From positions 4,064,001-4,128,000 of the forward strand of contig OZ241867.1 of the NCBI GenBank assembly GCA_965203175.1: DNA of 64,000 nt, in the 5' to 3' direction. Both the position numbers and the translations under genes were made by a program. Positions within the stretch are counted from its first letter, which is position 1. Each line of letters opens with the position of its first letter. The notes under the pieces are model-generated. The model did no database searches, was not told the DNA's origin, and was given only the letters and a program-made list of their open reading frames with translations. Origin of the DNA: Candidatus Latescibacterota bacterium (lineage in GTDB: Bacteria; Latescibacterota; UBA2968; UBA8231). Of this stretch, positions 30,992 through 41,723 are shown in pieces.

Positions 30992-31056
30992 GAAGCGGTC
31001 GTTATCCGAGGCTTCTAGGTCGTCGAGGATGCGGCGCGGTTGGATTAGATGGCCGG
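30992..31056 (-). repeat. Diverged duplicate fragment of the fumarase gene (codons ~62-83)
   Basis: 56/65 nt identical to 30630-30694; encodes [21 protein letters not shown] versus [21 protein letters not shown]. Confidence 0.85.
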
Positions 31057-31192
31057 ACGCAAAAAAGGGCAATCGGATACGCATGTTAAAAAGAAAAATT
31101 GACATGCGAGTAGGGATTTTACATTTAGTTAGACAATTATTGGCCAGTTGTTTAGGACTTTCACCGCCCGCCGCGAGCAGGCTTTATCACCG

Positions 31193-32824
31193 ATGAAAAG
31201 ACCCTTGCTGCTCACATCGGGTTTTTGCACAGCCGCGCTATTGCTCGCGGGGTGCGGCAAAGACGATCCAGTACTCGCTCGGGTCGGCGATGTGGATATC
31301 CGGGCCAGTGCATATCGGAGTTTTGTCGAGCGCCTACCCGCTAGCCTGCAGAGCGAGCAGGAGGGGCGGGCGGGCGATTTGGAGCACCTGCAATCAATGG
31401 TCGATCGGGAACTGCTCTTCCACGAAGCCCAGGCCAAGGGGATAGATTCGAGCGCGGCTGTAAAAGGGCCGGTTGAACGGTTAGCCAGGAACCGCTTGGT
31501 CAATACCTATCAGTTGCGGATAGTAGCACCGAGGATAAAAGTGGAGGCGGCACAGGTGGAACGCGCTTTTCTCGACCGAGGTTTTGACCGGGAGCGGCTG
31601 CTCAGTCGCATTGTGGTGGAGAGTCCAGAGGAGCGCGACCAAGTGCTGATTGAGCTGCGGGAAGGCAGGGCCTTTGCCGAATTGGCGCAGCGCTTCGCCG
31701 ACAACGATCCAGTGGCCGAGGAAGATGGGGTAGTAGGGTGGATCGGGCTACCCCACTTGGACTGGTACAAAGTGCCGAGAGCGGCTTTTTTCTCTCTGCC
31801 AAAGGGACAGGTGGCTCGACCAGTGCGTCTGCCGGGAGCGTGGCAGATCTATCGTTTTGCGGAAGACCGAAAATCCGAGCTGACCGACTACTCGGAAGGT
31901 GTACACCGTCTGCTGGAAAGCGAGGCTTGGCAAGCGGAACTAGAGCGAGAGTTTGAGCTTTTGAGCCAGAGTTATGGGTTGCGCCTGAACGTCGAAGGTC
32001 TGGAACGGCTGCGGCAGGGACCGATTAGGAACCTCGTTCTGGCGTCGGACGAAGCGACCCAGACTTTATACAGCTTTTCGGAGGAGAAGATTGCGGTCGG
32101 GGAGGGTTTGACCGAGCTCAGAGAAGCGGGGATGGGTGGAGAATTGCCCAGCGGCCAGCAAGGGGTTGATCTTTTAGAGGACTTGGTAGTGCGGCCTAGG
32201 CTTTTCGCCGCAGCCGCCCGGGCTAAGGGCTGGGAGCGCGAGCCGGAGTTTGCGGAGTGGCTGACGCGCAAGAGGGAATGGTTGGTTCTGCGGGCCTTGG
32301 TGCAGGCGCAGACGGCTTTGCAGGAGCCGATCTCAGAAGCCGAGAGTAAGGCTTATTATCAAGCCAACGCAAATAAATTTCGCAGCCCAGAGGAGGTGGA
32401 AATTCGCGAGGTCCTAATGGCGACGGAAGCGCAAGCTCAGTCCCTGCGGGAGGAGATCGAACAGGGGGCCGAGATGTCTGCACTGCTGAACAGACCGGGC
32501 GTCGGCTCCCACGCAGGACCGGGTAGAACGGGAAAAATGACTTTGCGCCGCCTCTTCCGATCCCGCTATCCACAACTGGTTGACGCTGCATTTGCTGCTG
32601 AGGAAGGCGAACTAGTGGGGCCGGTGGAGACGCACGATGGCTTTGCGGTTTTTAGGGTTTTGGGACGAAAAGGAGGGCAGACCCTGCCCTTTGAACGGGT
32701 GCGGAAAAGGGCGGAAGCCCTGCTGAGACAGCGTCGCGAGCAAGAGGGTATTGTCGAACTGATCGGAGCCCTGCGGGCCAAAGGCAAAACTCAGGTAGTT
32801 TTTTTTACCGACCGCCTGCAATGA
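31193..32824 (+). CDS. SurA/PrsA-like parvulin (PpiC) peptidyl-prolyl isomerase lipoprotein, two rotamase domains
   Basis: Lipobox LLAGC; VLARVG, F.ELAQRF..D..., G..A.PV, YY.AN..KF..PE.V.IREVL, G.LVGPVET..GF.VF.V. Confidence 0.8.
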   Translation: MKRPLLLTSGFCTAALLLAGCGKDDPVLARVGDVDIRASAYRSFVERLPASLQSEQEGRAGDLEHLQSMVDRELLFHEAQAKGIDSSAAVKGPVERLARNRLVNTYQLRIVAPRIKVEAAQVERAFLDRGFDRERLLSRIVVESPEERDQVLIELREGRAFAELAQRFADNDPVAEEDGVVGWIGLPHLDWYKVPRAAFFSLPKGQVARPVRLPGAWQIYRFAEDRKSELTDYSEGVHRLLESEAWQAELEREFELLSQSYGLRLNVEGLERLRQGPIRNLVLASDEATQTLYSFSEEKIAVGEGLTELREAGMGGELPSGQQGVDLLEDLVVRPRLFAAAARAKGWEREPEFAEWLTRKREWLVLRALVQAQTALQEPISEAESKAYYQANANKFRSPEEVEIREVLMATEAQAQSLREEIEQGAEMSALLNRPGVGSHAGPGRTGKMTLRRLFRSRYPQLVDAAFAAEEGELVGPVETHDGFAVFRVLGRKGGQTLPFERVRKRAEALLRQRREQEGIVELIGALRAKGKTQVVFFTDRLQ

Positions 32825-32848
32825 GCGGCAACGGAAGGAAAATCCGTT

Positions 32849-35800
32849 ATGAAAGCGAGCCGCAAATTCAGTAAGGGGATTACGTACGCAGCAGTCTGGC
32901 TGGCCGGAATGTGCGCTCCTAGTCCGATCAATGCCCAGCAAGGATACGATATTGTCGGCGATCAAGTCGTCGTCGAAGGTGAGCAGCACTGGGTCAACTG
33001 GAAGCGGCCCGGCCATTTGACCGCTATAGATGCTTCCGGGGCCGTGCGGCCCCGCGAGCTGCGCCAAGTCTACAATCTGTTGGACGATAGGAGCTTTGAG
33101 CGCCCGGTAGAGATCGACAAAAAGGCTCCGCGGATTGCAACCGTCGACAGTACCCTGCGCTTAGATGTACTGGGTAACCCCCTGCAGGACGTCAGCAAAA
33201 ATTTCATCTACGACTACATAGTGCGGCCGGGCGTTAGCCGGGTGGGCTCCAACCCGCACTTGGCTCCCAACATTCTCGACGACGATACGACCACATTCTG
33301 GGAACCGAATCCAGACGATCCAATCGGCGACTGGTGGATCGAGGTGCACCTCGGGAGAGTGGTGCCGCTGGAGCGGCTCAGGCTGCAATTCGTCGACGAG
33401 CAATTGGGCGACCCCTTCCTCAAGTTCCTGCTGTTCTTCGAGAAAAAACAGTTGCCCTTGGTGCGGGACGACAGCAAGCTCAGATTTTCGATTTTCGCGC
33501 CTTTTGACGGGGTCAACAAAGACCAGCGGATCTTCGCATTCGACAGCGAGCGCACCAGTGGCTTGTTGCCCGCCGATGTGTCCGGCCTTATGGCGAAGCG
33601 GCTGTCCATGGGCAATGCCGATCCCAACTGGACGGGCCGACTGGTAGAGGTCATCCGCATCACCATAACGGACACCCGAGGGGCCCGAAGCGAGCAAATA
33701 ACCCAAGAGGCGTGGGAAGCGCTGCCCGAGGGGGAGCGCGGCGATGTGGTGTACTTTGTGCGCGATGTGGCCGGACGGGAGGAACCCGTGGACGAGGCCA
33801 CCTACGAGGTCCTGAGACCGGATCGACAAGGGCGGAGGGTCTATTACCGGCGGGAACTGCCGCGCTTGGCCGAAGTGGACGCTTGGGGCTGGGGAGATAA
33901 TATCGCGTTGGGCATGCTCGAAACGGGTGGTGGGATCGAGCACACCATCGCCGCTTCGGGCGGCACGGGCAAGGCCTTTGACGGGCAAGTGTCATCCTTC
34001 TATCGCCACACCTATTTCCTCGAGGAGGTTCCCGACGACAACATCCTGATCGCCGATGTAGGGGGCACTGTGTGGATGGACCAAATGCGGATCCTCTCCG
34101 AAGGCTACGTCCATGCCCCGACAGTACGGGGCTATACCATGCGGGGCTCGTCGGGAGTTCGAGACGCCCAAGGCCGGCTCAAATGGCAACTCATTAGTCC
34201 GAAACAGCGCGACAAAAACGTCGATGAGGGGTATTACTCGTTGCTCAACGACGTGCAGAGTCCACCTATAAAGCTGCGATTTTTTGAATTTATCACCCTC
34301 AAGAACCAGCCGCCCGGCAACACGGGTACGCAGGGTTTCTATAATCCCGGTATTGGGGAGTTCATGATCTTCTCCAAAGGGTCTCCGGCCGAGGTAGTGC
34401 TCGAATCCGATGCGATCGAGTTGCCCGGATTGGTGGTGCTGGGGTCCGTGCGCTGGGAGGCCGAGTTGCCGTTCGGCACTGATGTGGAGATCCGCACGCG
34501 CACAGGAGACCAACTGCTGCAGCACATCCGCTACTTTGACAGTGGCGGCGGCGAGGTCACAGCGGACAAGCACAAGAAGCTGCCGGGCTTTCGCAAAGGA
34601 CCCGTTGACACCTCGTTCGTAATCGGGCCGGATTGGACCCCTTGGAGCCAGCGCTACTTGCATTCGGGCGCCCGGGTGACGTCTCCGAGTCTGCGCAAAT
34701 TCATGCAGCTCCAGGCGAAACTGGTCAGCAATGACCGCAACGTCGCTCCCCTGCTCCGCAGGATTGAAGTCGATATGCACCGTCCAGTTCTACAAAATCT
34801 GCTGGCCGAAGTCTGGCCAGAGGAGACGAGCGTGGGTCAGGTAGATACCTTTGAGGTCTATCTCCAGCCGACCTTGCTAGAAGAACCCCGCTCGGAGCGG
34901 AGTCCTGGCTACGACGAGGTACTGCTGAGTTCGGAGCCGAGCCTCGACATGCGCCTGCTGGATGTGGCTCTGGGAACGGAAGGGGAATTCGCCCGCGGAC
35001 AGCCGCTGCAGTTGTTCTCGATAGATCGAGCAGAGGACGCGGTCAGTGCCGATGGTGCAGTACTGCAGATCCTGCGCAGCCAGGGGGATTCACTACAGGT
35101 GCGTTTTCCCCAAGTGAAGCGCGGCGAGTCCGCAGACGTCCTGCCGCACCGCTACTATCGGCTGCTAGTCGAGGGGGACGAGGTGCCAACGCGGTCGGAC
35201 GGCCGATTGCTCGACTTGCTTTCCTACGAGCGGCTCGACGAAGAATTGCAGGGAGCGATCCGCTATTTCCGCAAAACTGATCGTGACGGCGCACAGTTGG
35301 AGGAGGTGGACGCAGCGACCTATGAAGCCTTAGAAGAGGGCGAGCGGGGTCCGGTGCGCTATTTTCGCAGGGTAACTGGAGTGGGCAACCAGTCGCTCTT
35401 CGATTCGCTGGGCGATACGCTGAGTGCGGCCCAGTACAACCGACTCGGGAGGGCAAAGGGATGGGTTTTGGGTCATGGCCGCCTAGTGCGCCTGCGCTTT
35501 GCCGCGGCGGTCTTTTTGCACGGAACCAAACTAAAGACCGCGATGCGCAACAGCGCCATTGAGGGCCCTTGGCAGGAAAGCGATCCCGGCGATGTCACCC
35601 GGACCCGGCCCGGCCAGGGCTTGGTGATCGGGGCCTTGGGAGCCGGCGACGTAGTGGACGATTTGCAGATTAGCCCCAACCCATTCACCCCCAACGGCGA
35701 CGGCATCAACGACGTGGCAGAAGTCGGCTTTTCGCTTTTCAAAGTATATGAAGCTCGGTCGCTCAAGCTGCGCATCTTTCGCCTAGACGGGACGCGGGTG

Positions 35801-35974
35801 CGCACGGTAGCCATGAGGGCCTTGGGGGGGAGGCAGAACTTTGCTTGGGATGGAAGAGACGACAACGGTGCGCTGGTGCCTCCGGGACTCTACTTAGCTC
35901 AGATAGAGGTCGATGCAGATCAGGCTGGGGCGGCGGGACAAAAGCGGTCGCGTCTGATTGCAGTGGTGTATTAG
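32849..35974 (+). CDS. Large secreted protein with discoidin-like domains and C-terminal FlgD-Ig/gliding-motility-CTD-like domain
   Basis: Signal peptide; ILDDDTTTFW...WIEVHLG (F5/8-like); IRTRTG, WTPWS, SPS..KFMQ, EVWP; C-terminal SPNPFTPNGDGINDV, IFRLDG..VR, WDGRD, VPPGLY. Confidence 0.8.
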   Translation: MKASRKFSKGITYAAVWLAGMCAPSPINAQQGYDIVGDQVVVEGEQHWVNWKRPGHLTAIDASGAVRPRELRQVYNLLDDRSFERPVEIDKKAPRIATVDSTLRLDVLGNPLQDVSKNFIYDYIVRPGVSRVGSNPHLAPNILDDDTTTFWEPNPDDPIGDWWIEVHLGRVVPLERLRLQFVDEQLGDPFLKFLLFFEKKQLPLVRDDSKLRFSIFAPFDGVNKDQRIFAFDSERTSGLLPADVSGLMAKRLSMGNADPNWTGRLVEVIRITITDTRGARSEQITQEAWEALPEGERGDVVYFVRDVAGREEPVDEATYEVLRPDRQGRRVYYRRELPRLAEVDAWGWGDNIALGMLETGGGIEHTIAASGGTGKAFDGQVSSFYRHTYFLEEVPDDNILIADVGGTVWMDQMRILSEGYVHAPTVRGYTMRGSSGVRDAQGRLKWQLISPKQRDKNVDEGYYSLLNDVQSPPIKLRFFEFITLKNQPPGNTGTQGFYNPGIGEFMIFSKGSPAEVVLESDAIELPGLVVLGSVRWEAELPFGTDVEIRTRTGDQLLQHIRYFDSGGGEVTADKHKKLPGFRKGPVDTSFVIGPDWTPWSQRYLHSGARVTSPSLRKFMQLQAKLVSNDRNVAPLLRRIEVDMHRPVLQNLLAEVWPEETSVGQVDTFEVYLQPTLLEEPRSERSPGYDEVLLSSEPSLDMRLLDVALGTEGEFARGQPLQLFSIDRAEDAVSADGAVLQILRSQGDSLQVRFPQVKRGESADVLPHRYYRLLVEGDEVPTRSDGRLLDLLSYERLDEELQGAIRYFRKTDRDGAQLEEVDAATYEALEEGERGPVRYFRRVTGVGNQSLFDSLGDTLSAAQYNRLGRAKGWVLGHGRLVRLRFAAAVFLHGTKLKTAMRNSAIEGPWQESDPGDVTRTRPGQGLVIGALGAGDVVDDLQISPNPFTPNGDGINDVAEVGFSLFKVYEARSLKLRIFRLDGTRVRTVAMRALGGRQNFAWDGRDDNGALVPPGLYLAQIEVDADQAGAAGQKRSRLIAVVY

Positions 35975-36017
35975 AAGAGAGGTCCGACGGCTGTACCCTT
36001 TGAGAAATGGGGATGCT

Positions 36018-38675
36018 GTGAGAGCCAAATTTTCGACACTGTGCTTGTTGCTTGGCGTCTTGGCTGGGATGGCCGAGGCGCAGATGGACTATGGCATGCG
36101 TCTCGGGCTCAGGCAGGGTGCCGAGACCAGTTTTCGGCCCCAGGGACCGGGAGTGATGCTGGACGCCTTAGACCCAGCGGTGCGGCGCTGGTACGTGCCG
36201 CAGGAGCTCTACAACGAGTATGGCTGGCGCCAGTGGGAGTACACCAACTACGCCCGCGACCATTTTGATCGTTACGTCAATACGGCCCTGGAGGGGGATT
36301 ACTTCTACGATATCTACGGGAATTTTGTCACGCGCGGTTGGCTGATCTTCAACAACACGCAGACCCGGCCGCAACAATTTGGCAATACCCTGTTCAAGTC
36401 GGAGCGCTTCCGGCAGTGGTTCTCAGAGGTGGTGGTGGCTGGTGACCAGAAAGGGGAGTACGCCTACGCGCTGACCTTAAGCAGCCAGTTGCGCACCACC
36501 CTGACGCCGATGACCTTCTCCAAACCGCGGATGGACGGGGTGCAATTTGATCTAGCCACGGATCGCTACGAGACGACACTGATCTACTCGCGCATCAGCA
36601 GCCCGGGTGGGGGCGAGACCGGTGGCCAGGAAGTGCTGCGCACCAACAATACGACTCTGGTCGCCGGACGCTTTGTCGGCCAAATCGGCGAGTACGCCCG
36701 GCTGGGCTTCAATTTGGCCAATTCGCACCAGTCGAATACGCTGACGGATCGGCTGGCTGGGAATCCGTTCTCCGGTCTGCTGACCGTGGGGCAAAACCGG
36801 ACGATTGATCTAGTGCAAATTGTGCTGCGCGACGACTCGCCGGAAGACGAAGTCGGTGGGGCTGCTTTCTTCCCGGCCGGTTCCGACGTGGTCATCACCT
36901 ACAGCGACGGTCGCAAGGAGCGGGGCAAGGACATTGGCTTTGAGCCCGTGGTGGAAGGCGGCTTCGTAGAGAAGGGCTTTATCGCGGCCAAGGGCGTTGA
37001 AGAGATCCGCCTGCTCTACGATTTTGACAGCCTCGACTTCATCGAGCGGGCCAGCGCTGCCAAGGATTCCATTGTCAACGTGGAATTCGAACTAGTAGTC
37101 GGCAACGACTACCAGATCTGGATGACTTCGAACAACCAGACCAACCGGCAGGGAGAGTTGGTGTTGCTTTTGGTCGACCAAGCTAGGGGCAATATCAAGG
37201 ACGCGACCAACCTGCGCACGATTCGCTTTGCCTATGGTCTGCCCACGGCTACGCACATTTTTGGGGGAACTCTAGAGTTACTCGATGTGGCGGGGTTTGA
37301 TTTGTACGCCGAGTACGATCTGAACTGGAACTACCGCAAGTACCCCAACACCTTTGCAGAGACGCACCGGACTTCGTCGGGGGTCGAGGGACGGCGCTAT
37401 GCACCAGCGTGGATGGTGAACGTGGCCAAGCGCGCCCATCCGTTTTTCATGTTTGGCGAGGTCTACAGCATGGACCCCCTCTACAATACCAGCACCTTTG
37501 TCACCTTGGGAACGGGCGAGATCAACTACGAGAGCGAGCGCGAGGGCATCGTCGAACTAGTCGAGGACAACGACGACCAAGATCGCTTCCCCGACACGGT
37601 TCGGTCCGACTGGCAGGCGGGTGACCCTCAGGTCTTTCCAGGCTGGGACCAAAACAACGACTTTGTGCCCGACTTCAATCAGAACGACAACTTAGTCAAG
37701 ACTAATATCATCCCCGATTACGAAGAGCCCTTTCTGCGCTTTGGCGTCGATCGGCCGGAGTTTTTGTTCGGGGTGGACATGAACAACAATTTCTGGGTTG
37801 ATCAGTACGAAAACGACGAAGAGCCCGACTATCCCTACCGCAGAGACCACCGGGGCTACAATGTGTACGGCGGCGTCAACGCGACCCCTAAGTTGCGGCT
37901 GACGGCCGGCGTGTTGCGCGAAGACCTGATTTCCTCGGACCAGAAAAACCACAGTGTGTACGCGGCTTTGACCTTTGACGAAGATTCGCCGCGCTTTGGT
38001 CGTTTGCGCGTCTTTGAGATGAGCAAGAAGGTGGAGGACGATATCCCCAACCCATTGCTACAGTGGTCGCCGGACAACACCGTCTTGGGCGGGGTGCTAA
38101 CCCGGGTGGACGATCCGCTGCTGGCGCGCGATACCTGGGTCAACCAGCTCTTTGTCGGCCACAATTTGCAGAGCGCGGCGCTGCACCTGATGAGTAAGCT
38201 GAACTATGTGCACTTCCGCCAACTGATGGGCCAGGCAAAACGGCAGGAGTTGGGGTTGGACGAGACGGATTTCTTCCTCGGGCTGATCAACAAGGCCAGC
38301 TACCGCTATCAACTGGGCCAGTTAGTCCTGGAACCGCGCTGGAAGAGCGAGTTCCGCAAGCAGAGCCGCAGCCTCTTCGACGCGGTCGAGCGCACAAGCC
38401 TAATGCAGCTCTTCTCGACTCTAATGGAGGTGCAGCTCCTACAGGTGACGCGGCTGCAGGTGGGCGTCGAATACGTGGTTTTCAACGACTTCGATATCGA
38501 CGCCGAAGATTTCAACTCTCTGACCGTAGGCCTGCAGTTTGCCAATACATCGGCCTACCACGGCTACCAAGTGATGGCCTTGGTGGGTATTGCGCTGGAA
38601 CGGCGGGATTTTAAGGAAGCCGAGCCTAGTACTACGAGCCGGTCTTTCGTGACTATTTACGCGGGGCTGGAATAG
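36018..38675 (+). CDS. Uncharacterised exported protein, predicted outer-membrane beta-barrel-containing (paralog A)
   Basis: Signal peptide from GTG 36018 (..LAGMAEA|Q); alternating hydrophobic strands in the C-terminal third ending FVTIYAGLE; Asp/Asn-rich Ca-binding-like block. Confidence 0.7.
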   Translation: MRAKFSTLCLLLGVLAGMAEAQMDYGMRLGLRQGAETSFRPQGPGVMLDALDPAVRRWYVPQELYNEYGWRQWEYTNYARDHFDRYVNTALEGDYFYDIYGNFVTRGWLIFNNTQTRPQQFGNTLFKSERFRQWFSEVVVAGDQKGEYAYALTLSSQLRTTLTPMTFSKPRMDGVQFDLATDRYETTLIYSRISSPGGGETGGQEVLRTNNTTLVAGRFVGQIGEYARLGFNLANSHQSNTLTDRLAGNPFSGLLTVGQNRTIDLVQIVLRDDSPEDEVGGAAFFPAGSDVVITYSDGRKERGKDIGFEPVVEGGFVEKGFIAAKGVEEIRLLYDFDSLDFIERASAAKDSIVNVEFELVVGNDYQIWMTSNNQTNRQGELVLLLVDQARGNIKDATNLRTIRFAYGLPTATHIFGGTLELLDVAGFDLYAEYDLNWNYRKYPNTFAETHRTSSGVEGRRYAPAWMVNVAKRAHPFFMFGEVYSMDPLYNTSTFVTLGTGEINYESEREGIVELVEDNDDQDRFPDTVRSDWQAGDPQVFPGWDQNNDFVPDFNQNDNLVKTNIIPDYEEPFLRFGVDRPEFLFGVDMNNNFWVDQYENDEEPDYPYRRDHRGYNVYGGVNATPKLRLTAGVLREDLISSDQKNHSVYAALTFDEDSPRFGRLRVFEMSKKVEDDIPNPLLQWSPDNTVLGGVLTRVDDPLLARDTWVNQLFVGHNLQSAALHLMSKLNYVHFRQLMGQAKRQELGLDETDFFLGLINKASYRYQLGQLVLEPRWKSEFRKQSRSLFDAVERTSLMQLFSTLMEVQLLQVTRLQVGVEYVVFNDFDIDAEDFNSLTVGLQFANTSAYHGYQVMALVGIALERRDFKEAEPSTTSRSFVTIYAGLE

Positions 38676-38687
38676 GCGGTTGTCAGG

Positions 38688-39623
38688 GTGGTGCCGATTC
38701 TGCTGGGGATAGGGCTCTTTTGGAGTTGTAGTGAAACCGGGCCAGAGGCCCGCGCCCAACAGCACTACCAACGGGGGGTCGAATACGAAGCGCAGGACAT
38801 GCCGGCCAGCGCAGCGCGGGAGTACGAGGAGGCCGCGGCTGCGGGGATGATGGAGGCCTATTACGCGCTGGGCACAGTGTACGGGAAGGAGGAGCAACAC
38901 GAGCGGGCCATTGGCGCGTACCGAGCGTTGCTGCGGCAGTGGCCGGAGGAGGAGCAGGCGCGCAAGGGATTGGCGGATCAGTATCTAGCGGTGGGACGGG
39001 CCGCGGAAGCGGGTGCTCTATACGAAGCGCTCTTGGCCGTGGGGGAGCCGTGGGAGGGATTGTGGGGACGGCTGGGGGATGCCCGGCTCGTAGCCGGCGA
39101 TGCGGAAGGGGCTGAGGAAGCGTATCGAAAGATGCTCGCAGCGGCACCGGATAGCACTCGGGTGCGCTATAGCTTGGCGCGGCTTTGGGCGGAACAGGGA
39201 CAGCGCCGGGAGGCGATTGTCGAGTACCGGCAGCTTGTGGAAAACCCCGCTTGGGCGGACGAGGCCGGGCAGCGCTTGGCCGATCTGCTCTTGGAAGCGG
39301 GGGAAGTGGAGGAAGCCGAGCAGTTGCTGCGGGATTTGTTGGAGCGCCAGCCCGAAGCGCGGTCGGCGCTGTGGAGCTTGGGAGGGCTGCTCTTTCGCGC
39401 GGAGCGCTACAGCGAATCCTTGGTCTGCTTCGAGCGCTTGCGGGCGCTAGACCAGGAGGACTATCGCGTCTATTTCTTGCTCGCCAAGCTCTACGGCCGC
39501 ACGGGCAGGGAAGCAGAAGGATTAGAGGCGCTCGCAGCGTACGAACGCGGACGGCGGACGGCGCAGGTGCACGAGCGCATGGAGGAAGAGATCGAGGGCC
39601 TTTTGCGGAACATCCTGAAATAG
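38688..39623 (+). CDS. TPR repeat lipoprotein
   Basis: Lipobox LFWSC; multiple TPR units (AYYALG..Y, A...Y..LL, ALWSLG). Confidence 0.85.
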   Translation: MVPILLGIGLFWSCSETGPEARAQQHYQRGVEYEAQDMPASAAREYEEAAAAGMMEAYYALGTVYGKEEQHERAIGAYRALLRQWPEEEQARKGLADQYLAVGRAAEAGALYEALLAVGEPWEGLWGRLGDARLVAGDAEGAEEAYRKMLAAAPDSTRVRYSLARLWAEQGQRREAIVEYRQLVENPAWADEAGQRLADLLLEAGEVEEAEQLLRDLLERQPEARSALWSLGGLLFRAERYSESLVCFERLRALDQEDYRVYFLLAKLYGRTGREAEGLEALAAYERGRRTAQVHERMEEEIEGLLRNILK

Positions 39624-39629
39624 AGAAAA

Positions 39630-41711
39630 ATGAGACACCTCTTCCACATCACATGGCTGGTATGCGGCTCGCTGATCCTGATGGCTAGCGCGGGACAAGC
39701 GCGCCAAGTACTGAGGATCGGCGGGGAGGGACAGATTTCGTGGGCGGGGCAGGTTTTGGACGCGGAAGGCATTGAGACGATTGAGCCCGAGCATCGCTCT
39801 ACCCTCAACCCGAACCTCACCGAGATCGGCACCTCTCCGGCCGACCTGGTCGAATTCGCCAGTGCCAATTTCCCCGGCGGCATTCTGCCACGGCAGGTGG
39901 CCGAAGGCGAGAATCTGGCTACTGGTATTTACGCGCGCGGCGGTGGCATGAGTGCGCCGACGGTCGTCAATCTCGGCCGGGCACAGCTAGAGGAGGTCTT
40001 GGCGCAAGTGGCCGGGGAAAAGTCCACGGGCAAGGCCTTCACGCGCCAGCAGAACGACGCTTTGGGTACGCTGCTGGTCATGGATTTGGGGGCTCGCTTT
40101 GGGGTCAACCAGATCCGCTTTTTTCCGCGCAACACGGTTTTTCCCGCGCCGATGACGCCGTTCCAGAGCAATTTTCTCAAGAATTTCGAGGTCCACGTCA
40201 ACGATGGGCTGGTACTGACCGAGGGCGGCAATCCAATCTGGGAGATATTTGAAATCCGCAACAACAACACCCAGGCCGTCACTACAGTCGATGTCGAGCC
40301 GCCGCGCTACATCCGTTTTGTGCGCTTGAAGGCCACTTCGTCGATTCCATTTGAAATAGAAAAGCTGCAAATCTTCGGCGAGGGCTTCCTGCCCACTGTG
40401 CGCTATATCTCGCCGATCATTGACATGGGCACGCCGGCCAATTGGGGCCAGTTGCGCTGGGCACAGGAACTGGTGGGCCAAGCGGACAAGGCGCAAATGC
40501 AGATTCGCACCCGCAGTGGCGGCGACCCCTCGCCGCTGTCCTACACCCGCAAGCAGGTCGGTCTGAGAAACGCCGAGCCAATTCCATTCTCGGTAGAAGA
40601 CCCGTCCCAGCCTTTGTTGCGGGACGAGTTCCTCGATCTGCCGTTGAGGGGTGGGCAGACCGATGCTTGGGAGCGCGGCCCGGTGCGAGACGATTTGGCG
40701 AATTGGAGCCCTTGGTCGCCGCCCTACGGCATAGAGGCGGGCACCAGCGAAGCGGGTACGCCGATCCTGTCGCCCTCGCCACGGCGCTACTTCCAGTTTC
40801 GGGTCGACTTTCTCAGCGACGATCTGGGATCGGCCTTTGTACTCAAAGATCTCTCGTTCGATTACACCTCGCCGCCGCTGGCCGACCGCTTGGTCGGCGA
40901 GGTCTTCCCGCGCCAAGTGCCGGCGGCCACGGATATTTCCTTTGTCTTCGCCCTGAAAGTCGAAATGGAGAACGCCGGACTACAGGGCTTCGACAGCGTC
41001 GAAATTGCCACTGTCCAACGAGTGGACCGCATCGAGCGCATCGAGATCATCGACGGAGATGGCGAAAAGCGGCTCGACCACGCCTTTGCCGTGCAGGACG
41101 ATGTGAGCGAAGAAGGCGAGGTGGCCATCACTCATTTGACGGATGCGGGTTTTGCGGTGCGCTTTCCGCGCATAGCAGAGGACAATACTGTGCTGAAAAT
41201 TCACTTTGTCACTCGGGTGTTGTCGTATAGCACATCCTTTGCGGGCCGGGCCATGCTGCTAGCAGAGGACGAGTTCCAAGGGGTTATTGCCGGCGACGCC
41301 GCTCAGTTGGCCGACGCCGACCAGGCCACTCGATCCGGGGTCACGGTCCTGAGCCCGGCGGTGAATCAGGGCAGTCTGATCGGCAGTTTTTCGCTCGACC
41401 GCAACGTGCTAACGCCCAACGGCGACGGAACCAACGACGAGTTGGCCCTGTCCTGCGAAGTGCTGGCCGTAGTGGGCACGGCCCGAGTCCGGGTGGATAT
41501 TTTCGATCTGGCAGGCCGCCGCGTGCGCCATCTTTTCGAATTCGACGGGGAGAGCGGCGTGTACGACGCCGTGCGTTTCCCCATGTTGGTATGGGATGGA
41601 AAAGATGGGGTCGGCGAACTAGTTCAGCCTGGGATCTACTTGGTGCGTCTCGAAGTGGGCGGCGACGCGCGCCAGAGTGCGAGTGCTCGTCCAGTGGGCG
41701 TGATTTATTAA
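39630..41711 (+). CDS. Secreted FlgD-Ig/CTD-domain protein (paralog 2)
   Basis: Signal peptide; DLG..FGVNQIRFFPR, FEIEKLQIFGEGF, IRTRSG, WSPWSPPY, SPSPRRYFQ, GEVFP, LTPNGDGTND, IFDLAGRRVR, WDGKD, VQPGIY. Confidence 0.8.
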   Translation: MRHLFHITWLVCGSLILMASAGQARQVLRIGGEGQISWAGQVLDAEGIETIEPEHRSTLNPNLTEIGTSPADLVEFASANFPGGILPRQVAEGENLATGIYARGGGMSAPTVVNLGRAQLEEVLAQVAGEKSTGKAFTRQQNDALGTLLVMDLGARFGVNQIRFFPRNTVFPAPMTPFQSNFLKNFEVHVNDGLVLTEGGNPIWEIFEIRNNNTQAVTTVDVEPPRYIRFVRLKATSSIPFEIEKLQIFGEGFLPTVRYISPIIDMGTPANWGQLRWAQELVGQADKAQMQIRTRSGGDPSPLSYTRKQVGLRNAEPIPFSVEDPSQPLLRDEFLDLPLRGGQTDAWERGPVRDDLANWSPWSPPYGIEAGTSEAGTPILSPSPRRYFQFRVDFLSDDLGSAFVLKDLSFDYTSPPLADRLVGEVFPRQVPAATDISFVFALKVEMENAGLQGFDSVEIATVQRVDRIERIEIIDGDGEKRLDHAFAVQDDVSEEGEVAITHLTDAGFAVRFPRIAEDNTVLKIHFVTRVLSYSTSFAGRAMLLAEDEFQGVIAGDAAQLADADQATRSGVTVLSPAVNQGSLIGSFSLDRNVLTPNGDGTNDELALSCEVLAVVGTARVRVDIFDLAGRRVRHLFEFDGESGVYDAVRFPMLVWDGKDGVGELVQPGIYLVRLEVGGDARQSASARPVGVIY

Positions 41712-41723
41712 AAGGAGGCCGCA

